DNA of 64,000 nucleotides from NCBI GenBank assembly GCA_030390025.1, contig CM059431.1, forward strand, positions 126,544,001-126,608,000, in the 5' to 3' direction. Numbering within the stretch: position 1 is the first letter of the stretch; every line of letters starts with the position of its first letter. A program made the translations under genes and the position numbers. Of the stretch, positions 24,401-36,724 are shown piece by piece. This stretch comes from Squalus acanthias. Its lineage: Eukaryota. The notes beneath the pieces were generated by a model that did no database searches, was not told the DNA's origin, and worked only from the letters and a program-made list of their open reading frames with translations.

Positions 24401-25371
24401 CCACTTTTTAAAGGCTCCACTAGAACTGTACTCTCCTCCCTCCCAGTGGTGGCAAGCCAGTAAAGGCCAATTTTCTGACCTGCAAACTGCACTGCGCAGT
24501 CGTGGTTCTGGGAGGAAATTGTGGAGGGTTAGCAGCGGTTCCACATTAGCATGTGTTAGGACCGCCCCACCACAATACTGACACAATACTGACACTGGGT
24601 GGAGAATTTCGGCCATCATAGCTGGAGGTCTTCAGTGAGGTGATTGCATAGCTCTGTCACAGTCTCCTTGCTAATGCTTAACTTTCAGTCATTCAAAGGT
24701 AGGTCAGTTGGTTGGTAGACCCAATGTATTGAAAAAGTAGGACTTCATGGTGCTCCTGGTGTGACACTGGACATCATGGGTAGCTCGCTTCTGCCATTGC
24801 TGGTTCTCCTCAGCCAGTTTCACTGCAGTAAGTCCAATAATGACTGTAAATGAAGCTCAGTTACATAGCAGATCGCGTGTCTGTATAGTCAAGCAGTTTG
24901 TGGCCTTTGCTGCAACTGCAGATTTGTATGAGGGCTAACAAAGTGTGAGTCACGAAAAATGGGTGAGTTATGGAGCTATTATGGTAGTAATAATTATCTT
25001 ACTAAACCTAATTCATATATTCGGCAGTACAGTGCTGAAGAAACCACTTCTCCTCACAGTAACAAGGCACAAAGTATGCACTATTTGGCATTCCTGATAA
25101 TATTCTGTCTACAAATGACTAATACAGGCATTCATCATAATACCAACAGTAATTTCCAGGCTTATGTGTCCATAATCTGTAAGGAACCCACTCAATGCTC
25201 TTCCATTAAATGAATGGAAGGAAAATGAGGTGGGTTCCTTTATAGGTGTGTGCTCCGACCCTCTCAACTTTCCGATAAACATTGCACCCAAGAGCACCAT
25301 TGCATCTGGGCGCAGGCGCTGGAAAATCTCTCCTACATTTGTAAATCTTCTGTTGCAGGTAAGACTCTGTA

Positions 25372-25720
25372 CAGGAAACTTTCGTTTATCCGGCATCGAC
25401 GGGACCGGCGTGGTGCCGGTTTATCGAAAGTACCGGATAACGGAGAGTTATATCTACCGAGGCTATTTTTAACAAAGAGACTCCAGGCAGCGCGGGAGAA
25501 TCAACTCCTGCTACTGCAGTGTTTCGGACTTCCGACAGCGCCAGGAGGCCGAGTAGTGGCACTTTTGAAAAGTACCCCTACTGACTAAATCGGCGTTCGC
25601 GGACTCGGACTCGGGATCGGCAACATTGCCGGTTATTTGAGAGGAGTTTTCGGAGGATGATTTTTGCCGGTTAAGCGAGAATTCCGGATATTTGGGTGCC
25701 GGATAAACAAAAGTTTCCTG
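25372..25720. mobile_element. Tc1/mariner-pogo (Tigger-like) MITE
   Basis: 24-bp TIRs CAGGAAACTTT(C/T)GTTTATCCGGCA with 1 mismatch and TA on both sides. Confidence 0.9.
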
Positions 25721-26346
25721 TACATTGTAAATCATCCTATGATGATTAACTAATCTTTTTACAACAATGTATGAGTTCACATCTCACTGGAAGTACTACA
25801 TGATCTAAACAGTTAATCCACTCATTATATGAGCAGCTGCTTAAAAAGATCTGGTACACAGTCTAGTAAAATGTAGCTCTAAAAAGGAAATTAGATCTCA
25901 ATGTAATTACCTCTCTGTTCCCGGAAAGCTTGTTATGATAAACCTGGAAAGGTACCAGTATCATCTTATGATAATAATTTATAGCATGTTTCTATGTCAT
26001 TGTTAGCACCATTTTTAATGTTACAACATATTCTCTTACAAGCATGCTCAGAATGGATTGTCTAACATCCTTTTATTGTGCAGGCACATCAACCTCTCGA
26101 GTGAATGCTTCCATTAAAAAGACATGCTGCTAAGTGACATATAAACATATAATGCTGGACACGCTGGGAGCAGTGCAGCACGTCTGTCAATGGCTTTTTA
26201 ACTGAGCAACCTCTTTATCATTTTACTTTCTGGTTTTGCACCCAATTATCGTCAGCGGGCGGGATGACGACACGCATGACGTGATTTCAACTCCTGTATT
26301 TAAAGGGGCACTCCAAGCATCCAAGTTGAAGGAGTTTGGAGATGGG

Positions 26347-26570
26347 ATGGAGAGCCACAGACCTGCTGGTATGGAGTAGAGACAGGCAGAGGCTGCGCCC
26401 CGCTTCAATGACACCTCCCTGGATGTGCTATTGGGGGCGGTAAGGGTCCAGAGGGAGATACTGTTCTCTACTGACAGGAGGAAGAAGCCTGCAGGTGACA
26501 CAAAGAAGGCATGTTGGAGGTTGCCCACGCTCCTGGATTCAATGCAGGAAGTGGTTTAATGACCTAAGTA
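26347..26570 (+). pseudogene. Harbinger Myb/SANT exon 1 remnant
   Basis: AAPRFNDTSLDVLLGAVRVQREILF...SWIQCRKWFNDL, preceded by TGACGT and TTTAAAGGG. Confidence 0.6.
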
Positions 26571-27222
26571 GTGCACCCATATCTGGCAGCAAGTGGTCTC
26601 TGCAGAATCCTTGAAGTCAGGACAAAATCCTTCAGCAGGTGCCGCACCACTCCCTGTAGACTGTAGCAACTTTAAAGTGCTCTGGAAACCACCAAACATT
26701 TCTAAAATTGCAGCAACAGCCAGTAGAAATCAATCAGCAACTAACCTGTAAGTAGTTGATGATCCCTTTAAATATGGGGGGGGATCCTTCCTGCTGATGT
26801 ATGCGTGTTCAGCTGTGCGTATTTAAGAAAGGGCGTTAGCTGGAGCATTGAGCTCCAAAATAGCAGTGATGGCTTCAAATCAGCATTAAACATGGCCACC
26901 ACGGTGGTTTGGGCAGGGTAGATGGTGGGAAGTATAATCACTTGGAAGTTTAACCAGGTGGCCTCAGAAAGGGGCAAGGTGTCATCACCCGTGAGCCAGG
27001 TTTCAGTCAAAATCACCCAAAAACGGACACGCACAGATCGAGGTGTGGACTAACCATGCCAGTTACTATCAATATCAGCAAGCGCTACTTGCGCTATTCA
27101 TTGGCTGCACGCCTATCCCCCCGACCTATATCGGAGGCCAGGATGCTACTTAAAGGTAGCCAGCTCCTCCTAAAGGGAAGGTGCATTCTGGCTGCAGAGA
27201 CTGTGGAACAATTTGAGGAAGA

Positions 27223-27320
27223 AATGGTTGAAGGAGGGAGCGAGCGGGCACCAAGGTTCTCCGATGCTGTACTGGAGGCCTTGGTGCAGGTAGTGGTGAG
27301 GAGGAGGGACATCCCTCCTG
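27223..27320 (+). pseudogene. Harbinger Myb/SANT N-terminal remnant
   Basis: MVEGGSERAPRFSDAVLEALVQVVVRRRDI. Confidence 0.55.
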
Positions 27321-27672
27321 AACATTTAGCATGGCTATGTACTGGTTACAGTCTCGACCCCAGGTGTTGATTGGTGGAAACTGTAAATCAGAATCGAGGG
27401 TGGCACTGAGACAGCAGATCCTCAGTGCAAGCTTTGTGCATAGCTGGGAAGACAGAGAGGAGCTGTGGTAAAGTTTCGGTCTCTAATAGCTGCTTTGTTT
27501 TGCCGTTTGGTGTTGGCTGGTGCATTCTGGACCACAGCCTGGTTTTGGATTGGCACACAAAACGCAGAGAGAGAGGCTGGGAAATGGATTACGGAATAAC
27601 AGAACATTAATCTGCAATGTAATTGGGGAATGTTCTTGCCAAAAGAAGAGGGATGTGGTTGAAACATTGCAT

Positions 27673-27965
27673 AGAAAGAAAATCCTTTCATGACCTCAGG
27701 ATGTCCCAAAGCGCTTTACAGGCAATTAAGTACTTTTGAAGTGTAGTCACTCTTGTAATGTAGGGAATGTGGCAGCCAATTTGCAGACAGCAAGCTCCCA
27801 CAAGCAGCAATGTGATCATTTCCACAAAATTTTGATTTTAGTGATGTAGATTGAGGTATAGCTATTGGCCAGGATACCAGGGATAACTCCCCTGCTCTTC
27901 TTCAAAATAGTGCCATGGGAACTTTTAAATCCATCTGAGAGAGTAGAAGAGGCTTTGGTTTAACA
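27673..27965 (-). mobile_element. tRNA-derived Deu-domain SINE, 3' portion
   Basis: Reverse complement of the SINE body at 47921-48238; continues at 36140. Confidence 0.7.
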
Positions 27966-29922
27966 TTTTCTTTTATTCATTCATGGGGTGTGGGCGTTGC
28001 TGACAAAGCCAGCATTTATTGCCGATCCCTAATTGCTCTTGAGAAGGTGGTGGTGAGCCGCATTCTTCAACCGCTGCAGTCCGTGTGGTGAAGGTACTCC
28101 CACAGTGCTGTTAGGGAGGGAGTTCCAGGACTTTGACCCAGCGACGATGAAGGAATGACAATATATTTCCAAGTCAGGATGGTCTGTAACTTGGAGGGGA
28201 ACTTGCAGGTGGTGGTATTGCCATGTGTTTGCTGCTCTTGTCCATCTAGGTGGTAGAGGTCATGGGTTTGGGAGGTGCTGTCGATGAAGATTTGGCAAGT
28301 TGCTGCAGTGGATCTTGTAGATGGTACACACTGCAGCCATGGTGCACCAGAGGTGGAGGGAGTGAATGTTTACGGTGGTGGATGGGGTGCCAATCAAGCG
28401 CACTGATTTGTCCTGGATGGTGTCGAGCTTCTTGAGTGTTGTTGGAGCTGCACTCATCCAGGCAAGTGGAGAGTATTCCATCACACTCCTGACTTGAGCC
28501 TTGTAGATGGTGGAAAGGCTTTGGGGAGTCAGGAGGTGAGACACTCGCCGCAGAATGCTCAGCCCTCTGACCTGCTCTTGTAGCCACAGTATTTATGTGG
28601 CTGGTCCAGTTAAGTTTCTGGTCAATGGTGACCCCCAGGATGTTGATGGTGGGGGATTCGACGATTGTAATGACATTGAATATCAAGGGGAGGCGGTTAG
28701 ACTCTCTCTTGTTTGAGATGGTCATTGCCTGGCACTTGCATGGCATGAATGTTACCTGCCACTTATCAACACAAGCCTGAATGTTGTCCAGCTCTTGCTG
28801 CATACGGGCTCAGACTGCTTCATTATCTGAGGAGTTGTGAATGGAACTGAACTCTGTGTAATCATCAGCAAACATCCTAACCACTGACCTCATGATGGAG
28901 GGAAGGTCAGTGATGAAGCAGCTGATTATGGTTGGTCATCTGACACTACCCTGAGGAACTCCTGCAGTGATGTTCTGGGGCTGAGATCACTGCCCTCCAA
29001 CAACCACAATCATCTTCCTTTGTGCGAGGTATGACTCCAGCCAGTGTAAATTTTTCCCCCTGATTCCCATTGACTTCAATTTTACTAGGAATCCTTGATG
29101 CCACACTTGGTCAAATGCTTCCTTGATGTCAAGGGCAGTCACTCTCACCTCACCTCTAGAATTCAGCTCTTCTTTCCATGTTTGGACCAAGGCTGTAATG
29201 AGGTCTGGAGCCGAGTGGACCTGGCAGAACCTGAACTGAGCATTGGTGAACAGGTTATTGGTGAGTAAGTGCTACCTAACAGCACTTTCGATGACACCTT
29301 CCATCACTTTGCGGATGATTGAGCGTAGGCTGATGGGGCAGTAGTTAGCCAGATTGGATTTGTCCTGCTTTTTGTGGACAGGACATACCTGGAAATATTC
29401 CACTTTGTCGGGTAGATGTCACTGTTGTAGCTGTACTGGAACAGCTTGGCTAGAGGCGCGGCAAGTTCTGGAGCACAAGTCTTCAGCACGACAGCCGGGA
29501 TGTTGTCAGGGCTCATAGCCTTTGCTATATCCAGTGCGCTCAGCCGTTTCTTGATATCATGTAGAGTGAATCGAATTGGCTGAAGACTGGCTTCTGTGAT
29601 GTTGGGGACCTCAGGAGGAGGCCGAGATGGATCATCCACTCAGCACTTTTGGTGAAGATGGTTGCAAACGCTTCAGCCTTGTCTTATGCACTTACATGCT
29701 GGGCTCCGCCATCATTGAAGATGGGGATGTTCATGGAGCCACCTCCTCCCATTAGTTGTTTAATTGTCCACCACTATTCATGCCTGGATGTGGCAGGACT
29801 GCAGAGCTTTGATCTGATCCGTTGGTTGTGGGATCGCTTAGCTCTGTTTATAGCATGCTGCTTCCTCTGTTTAGCATGCATGTAGTCCTGTGTTGTAGCT
29901 TCACCAGGTTGCTAGCTCATTT
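27966..29922 (-). mobile_element. Non-LTR retrotransposon ORF2 (RT), distinct from the classical CR1 copies, degraded
   Basis: KAMSPDNIP..VLK.CAPEL, ALDIKEAFD.VWH, WL.SYL..R, YKAQVRS.MEY motifs; continues at about 33945-34214 and 35921-36140. Confidence 0.85.
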
Positions 29923-29968
29923 TTTACCATCTGGAGCACAATTCTTCAGCATGACAGCTGAGACTTTA

Positions 29969-32900
29969 AGAACATAAGAAATAGGAGCAGGAATAGGCCA
30001 CTTGGCCCCTCGAGCCTGCTCCACCATTCAATAAGATCATGGCTGATCTTGAGCTCAAAGCCACTTCCCCGCCCGCTCCCCATAACCCTTCACTCCCTTA
30101 TCTTGCAAAAATTTGTCCATCTCCACTTTAAATGTATTTAATGACCCAGCCTCCACAGCTCTCTGGGGCAGAGAATTCCACAGATTTACGACCCTCTGAG
30201 AGAAGAAATTCCTCCTCATCTCACTTCTAAAAGGGCGACCCTTTATTCTAAAACTGTGCCCCCGCATTCTAGATTTCCCCACGAGTGGAAACATCCTCTC
30301 TGCATCTACCTTGTCGAGCCCCCTCAGTATCTTATATGTTTCAATAAGATCACCTCTCATTCTTCTAAATTCCAATGAGTATTGGCCCAGCCTGCTCAAC
30401 CTTTCCTCATAAGTCAACCCCCTCATCTCTGGAATTAACCTAGTGAATTATCTCTGAACTGCCTCCAATGCAAGTATATCCTTCCTTAAATAAGGAGACC
30501 AAAACTGTACGCAGTACTCAAGGTGTGGTCTCACCAATATCCTGTACAGTTGTAGCAGGACTTCCCTGCTTTTATACTCCAACCCCTTTGAAATAAAGGC
30601 CAACATTCCATTTGCCTTTTTGATTACTTGCTGCACCTGCATGCTAACTTTTTGTGTTTCATGCACAAGGACCCCCAGGTCCCTCTGAACTGTAGCATTT
30701 TGTAATCTCTCTCCATTTAAATAATAATTTGCTTTTTCATTTTTCCTGCCAAAGTGTATAACCTCGCACTTTCCCACATTATATTCCATCTGCCAAATGT
30801 TTGCCCACTCACTTAGCCTGTCTATATCCCTTTGCAGGTTCTTTGATTCCTCTGCACAACTTGCTTTCCCACCAATCTTTGTATCATCCGCTAACTTGGC
30901 TACATTACACTCGGTCCCTTCATCCAAGTCATTAATGTAGATTGTAAATAGTTGAGGCCCCAGCACCAATCCCTGTGGCACCCCACTAGTTACCGTTTGC
31001 CAACCGGAAAATTACCCATTTATCCTGACTATCTGCTTTCTGATAGTTAGCCAATTCTCTATCCATGCTAATATATTACCCCCAATTCCATGAGCTCTTA
31101 TCTTATGCAGTAACCTTTTATGTGGCACCTTATCGAATGCCTTCTGGAAATCCAAATACACCACATCCACTGGTTCACCTTTGTCCACCCTGCTCGTTAC
31201 CTCCGCAAAGAGCTCCAGCAAGTTTGTTAAACATGAGTTCCCTTTCATAAAACCATGCTGACTCTGCTTGACTGCATTATGATTTTCCAAATGCCCTGCT
31301 ACTACTTCCTTAATGAGGGACTCCAGCATTTTCCCAACGACAGATATTAGGCTAACTCGTCTATAGTTTCCTGCTTTCTGTCTCCCTCCTTTCTTAACTA
31401 GGGGTGTTACATTTGCGGTTTTCCAATCCGCTGGGACCTCTCCAGAGTCCAGGGAATTTTGGTATATTGCAACCAATGCATCCACTATCTCTGCAGCCAC
31501 TTCTTTTAAGACCCTGGGATGTAGGCCATCTGGTCCAGGGGACTTGTCATCTTTTAGTCCCATTATTTTACCAAGTACTATTTCCTTAGTGATAGTCATT
31601 GTCTTTAGTTCCCCCCTCCCTGTGGCCCCTTGATTATCCATTATTGGGATGTTGTTAGTGTCTTCTACCGTGAAGACAGAAACAAAATATTTGTTCAGAG
31701 TCTCTGCCATTTCCCCGTTCCCCATTATTAATTCCCCAGTCTCATCCTCTAAGGGACCAACATTTACTTTAGCTACCCTCTTCCTTTTTATATACCTCTA
31801 GAAGGTCTTACTATCTGTTTTAATGTTTCTTGCCAGTTTACTCTCATAATTCATCTTCTCTCTCTTTATTATTTTTTTAGTCATCCTTTGCTGGTTTTTA
31901 AAAATTTCCCAATCCTCTGGTCTCCCACCAACCTTGGCAACATTGTATGCCTTCGTTTTCAATTTGATACCATCTTTTACTTCCTTAGTTAGCCACAGGA
32001 TGGTGCTCCCTTCTCTTAATATCTTTCTTTCTCACTGAATATATTTTTGTTGAGAGTTATGAAATATCTCCTTAAATGTCCGCCACTGCATTTCGACTGT
32101 CTTACCCTTTAATTTATTTTTCCAGTCCACTTTAGCCAGTTCTGCTCTCATGCCACTGTAATTGCCTTTGTTTAATATCAGGACTGGTTTGAGATACAAC
32201 TTTCTCACCCTCCAACTGAATTTGAAATTCAACCATGCTATGATCACTCTTTCCTAGAGGATCCTTTACTATGAGATCATTTATTAATTCTGTCTCATTA
32301 CATAGTACCAGATCCAAGATAGCCTGCTCCCTGGTTGGTTCCATTACATACTGTTCTAGGAAACCATCCCGGATGCACTCTATGAACTCCTCCTCAAGGC
32401 TACCATGGCTAATTTCATTTGTCCAATCAATATGGAGATTAAAATCACTCATGATTATTACTGTACCTTTTTTACAGGCCTCCATTATCTGTTGATTTAT
32501 ACTCTGTCCAACAGTATTGCTACTGTTTGGGGGCCTGTAGACTTCGCCCACCAGAGACTTTTTCCCTTTATTATTTTTTATCTCCACCCAAACCGATTCT
32601 ACATCTTGATCTTCTGAGCCAATATCACTTCTCGCCACTGCACTGATCCCATCCTTTACCAACAAAGCCACCCCACCTTACTTTCCTTTCTGTCTATCCT
32701 TCCGAATTGTCAAATACCCTGGAATATTCAGTTCCCAGCCCTGATCACCTTGCAACCACGTCTCTGTAATGGCGATCAGATCATACCCATTTGTATCTAT
32801 TTGTGCCGTCAACTCATCTATCTTGTTACGAATGCTGCGTGCATTCAGATATAGAACTTTTAACTTTGCCCTTTTACCATTTCTCCTTGTTTAGGCCCCA

Positions 32901-33933
32901 TTTTCTGTTGCACTCTTATTTTTAAACATTCTGTCCCGTCCTGTCACACTCTGGTTATTATTTCCCCCATCTCTATCCTGCTCTATTGCTTTCTCATTTC
33001 TCATTGACTTTTTATTTTCCCGCTCACCTGGATCCTCCCCCCCCCCCACTATTTAGTTTAAAACACTCTCTACAGCCCTAGTTATTCAATTCGCCAGGAC
33101 TCTAGCCCTAGCATGGTTCAAGTGAAGCCCGTCCAAACGGAACAGCCCCCTCTTATCCCAGTACTGGTGCCAGTGCCCCACAAAACTAAACCCATTTCTC
33201 CCACACCAGTCTTTGAGCCACTCGTTCATTCCTCTGATCTTATTTACCCTATGCAAATTCGCTCGTGGCTCAGGTAATAATCCAGAGATTATTACCTTTG
33301 TGGTTCTGCTTTTTAATTTAGCCCCTAGCTGCTCATACTCTCTCAGCAGAACCTCTTTCTTTGTCCTACCTAAATCATTAGTGCCTACGTGGACCATGAC
33401 AACTGGATCCTCCTCCTCCCACTCCAAGTTTCTCTCCAGCCCAGAGGAGATGTCCTTAACCCTGGCAACACAGCCTTCGGGACTCATGCTCTCGTCTGCA
33501 GAGAACAGTGTCTATCCCCCTAACTATACTATCCCCTATCACTACAACATTTCTTATTACTCCCCCCACTTGAATGACCATGGTGCTGTGGTCAGATTGC
33601 TCATCCTCCCTGCAGGCCCTGCCCTCGTCCACACAGGGAGCAAGAATCTCGTACCTGTTGGACAACGCCGAGGGACTGAGGCTCCTCCATCACTACCTCC
33701 TGGATCCCAATACCTGCCTCGCTTGTAGTCACACCATCCTGTCCCTGACCATGGTCCAAATTGGAAGTAATTACTCTAGTGGGTGTGACTGTCTCCTGGA
33801 ACTTAGTGTCCAGGTAACGCTCCTCCTCCCTAATGTGTCACAGTGTCTGAATCTCGGACACCAGCTCATCAACTCTGAGTCGAAGTTCCTCGAGCAGCCA
33901 ACATTTGCTGCAGATGTGGTCGCCTTGGACCTC
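29969..33933 (-). mobile_element. Near full-length CR1 LINE: ORF1 (Zn finger/coiled coil + SGNH esterase) and ORF2 (APE + RT), frameshifted
   Basis: ORF1: HICSKC..LEEL, VVIGDSIVR, VHVGTND, DGLHL. ORF2: VYRPP, SDFN, LDLVL, SDH, KSPGPDG, YLDFQKAFD, PQG.VLGP, LADD. TTCTTATG tail. Confidence 0.93.
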
Positions 33934-34214
33934 AATGGTGTCGGGGCCCATAGCCTTAGCTGTATCCAGTGTGCTCAGCCATTTCTTGATATCATGTGAA
34001 GTGAATTGAATTGGCTGAAGCCTTGGTGCAGCTCCTGGCATGCTCTTCTACACTCTTCATTGAACCAGGGTTGGTCCCCTGGCTTGATAGTAATGGTAGA
34101 ATGAGGGATGCATAGTTTTGTGCTGCTAGATCTGTTCTGAATCTATCCTAATAAGCATGGTGGTAGTGCCACACAGCACTATGGAGGGAGTACTCAGTGT
34201 GAAGATGGGGCTTC

Positions 34215-35920
34215 GGGCTGGATTTTACCAACCTTGGACGGTCTGTGGCGGGCGCTGTCGGTGGCGGGTTCCGGCCTCACTGCTGGCTCCAGCCCGCTGT
34301 CCAAAATGATTTTCCCGATTGGACTTGTTAAGCCCGCCCAGCGCGTTTGCTGGCCAATTGAAGGAAGTGGGTCTAATGATGTCATTTGATGATGCATCAT
34401 CAGCCGGTTTCCTTAAAGCGACATTGCACAAATTCAGTTTGACAGTTGTGCGGTCAGTGTTCTACAGCATTGAGGTGCTGCGAACACTGACAAGCACTGC
34501 ACAGAGGTGCACGGCTGCACCCAGGCTCTCCCATGACTCCTTCCATATGCTTATAGAGGGAGTCACAGCACGCAGGGAGGTTCTTTTCCCTTCCCATGGG
34601 CAGAAGAGACCTCCCCAGGAGCCCAACGCAGCCTGGTTGCACATTGCACAGGAGGACACAAGCAGAGATGTCATCAGGAGGACCTGGCTGCAGTGGCACA
34701 AACCTTTCAATGATCTCAGTAGATCACGAAACGTTACTGCCAAGCCACACTCAGCCTCATCCTGCTGTGCCACTCATCACATCCCCATCACTCTGCCTTC
34801 CCTACCCTACTCCTGCACATCCTTACTCACACCAACTTACCTTGCTTCTCCACCCATCCCTCTCTATCTACATTATCACTTCCCCATTTCACTAGCCACC
34901 CCTCACACTCACCCTCATCCTAGTGCAATCATACCAACAAAAAACACACAAGGGTAGGCACTTGGGTGTTTTATGCAATGTTCATGTAAAGTTTCTGTTA
35001 ATGTGGTGTCAAACATTGAAACCTTTAGTTTCAATACTTTGCCTTCTTGGACAGATCTGTGTGAACCTTTGGAAGTGGCTTAGTGAGTTGCAGTGATTGG
35101 TGAGATGTAACGGTATCCTCTGCAATGGTGATGAGTGTGAAAGGAATGGCTTGAGCATTGTAGGGATGCTTTATGGTGTTGATGTGGGGTGGTGCCAACC
35201 TGGCGCATCATGTGGCAGCCAGGGTGTACAGCCTCAAGTGAACTAAATCTGGCCATGGTGAGGCCATCTCTGGCATCCCGGGCAGCAGTGTGGTCGAGTG
35301 CTGATGCCCTGTGTCCTGTGCTGCATCAGTTGACTGTGGAGAAGGTTGGTGTTGTTGTTAGTGCTGCTGGTGTGCCTAGTGTTGCTGGTGTTGGGGCTGA
35401 TTGTGGTGGGACTCGGAGGACCAAGGTGAGATAGTTTCAGGTGAACCAATGCTGATGAAATAGATGGCAGGTGAACTTGAGATGACAGAAGCGATCTGTC
35501 AACAGTGAGAGAGGTTGTTCCAATGAGGTGACACTGGATAGAGAGTTTGCTCCAAACACTTGCAGCCAGCATAAAGCTCAATCTGTCTTCCAAATGCAGT
35601 AAGCAACAGCTTCTGAGCTTGGAAAGTGAACAGCTATGAGATGGGAGTTTTTATAGCACATTTGCAGCTGCCAATTAATGAGATGATTCCATGGTCATTC
35701 AACTCCCGACCTTCTTACCTGACGTGACCTGAACTGCATAGAGCCCGTGGGCAACCTGGTAAACTCTGAAGGTGAGCTCAAAATAGTTCTCAATGGTCTG
35801 TTAACAATGTCATAATGACCTGAATTGCCTCCCTTGCCGCTGCGTGTCGGGTCTGCTCAGCACTGACAGACCCGACATTTGGGAAATGCTCGTGGCGACG
35901 GGTTGACAGCGGGGTCCCCC
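34215..35920 (+). mobile_element. Internally deleted Harbinger element, copy 2
   Basis: Begins GGGCTGGATTTT; collinear with 4868-6613; right TIR missing; interrupts a LINE. Confidence 0.8.
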
Positions 35921-36139
35921 CTTTGGCTCCACAAGGACTGTGCGGTGGTCACTGCTACCAATACTGTCATGGACAGATGCACCTGCGACAGGTAGATTGG
36001 TGAGGACGAGGTCAAGTAGATTTTTCCCTCGCGTTGGTTCCCTCACCACCTGCCGCTGACACAATCTGGCAGCTATGTCCTTTAGGACTCGGGCAGCTTG
36101 GTCAGTAGTGGTGCTACCGGGCCACTATGAGTGATGGAC

Positions 36140-36288
36140 ATCTCATCTGAAAGACGGTACAGTACTCCCTCAACTCTGCACTGAAGTGTCAGCCTAGATT
36201 TTTGTGCTCAAGTCTCTGGAGTGGGACTTGAACCCACAACCTTCTGACTCAGAGGCAAGCGTGCTACCAATTGAACCACGGTTGACAC
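36140..36288 (-). mobile_element. SINE 5' portion with tRNA-like head
   Basis: Minus strand has an A-box-like TGGTTCAATTGG and B-box GGTTCAAGTCC, then runs into the SINE body that resumes at 27965. Confidence 0.75.
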
Positions 36289-36724
36289 AAGTTGACACAA
36301 GCATGAAGGCAATGGATGGGAAAACAGTGGTTGTCAAGAGTCTGGAAAAGTGGTTGGAGGCAAGGGAAAGAGACTGGAGAGGGTCTGGGAGTGGTATTGG
36401 AGCAAATAGTAAGAGGTGCAGGAGGTCTGGATCAGGGTGTTTGAAGTTTGATTTATGATGAAGGTCTATTGCTGCTAGGATTCACTTAATTTAGTTGCGG
36501 CTCTTGATCTCACTGATTTTACCTCTTTTTAGGTGTTCAAAAGTATCAGGGACTTTGATAACAAAAGTCAGGAACAACTAGTCAGTGAATTAGTAATGAG
36601 AGGGAATCATTGTAAGAGCATCACCAAGAAAGCAAGGAAGGAGGGGTGCAGAAAATGCTCACATCTTGGAACATCTGGAACATCTGCAGTGTAAGGCTAC
36701 CCAGCTTCCCCAAAACACAATAGG

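Noticed and set aside
36210..36288. tRNA gene
   Set aside because: A/B boxes are present, but the sequence continues into a SINE body and lacks a convincing acceptor stem.
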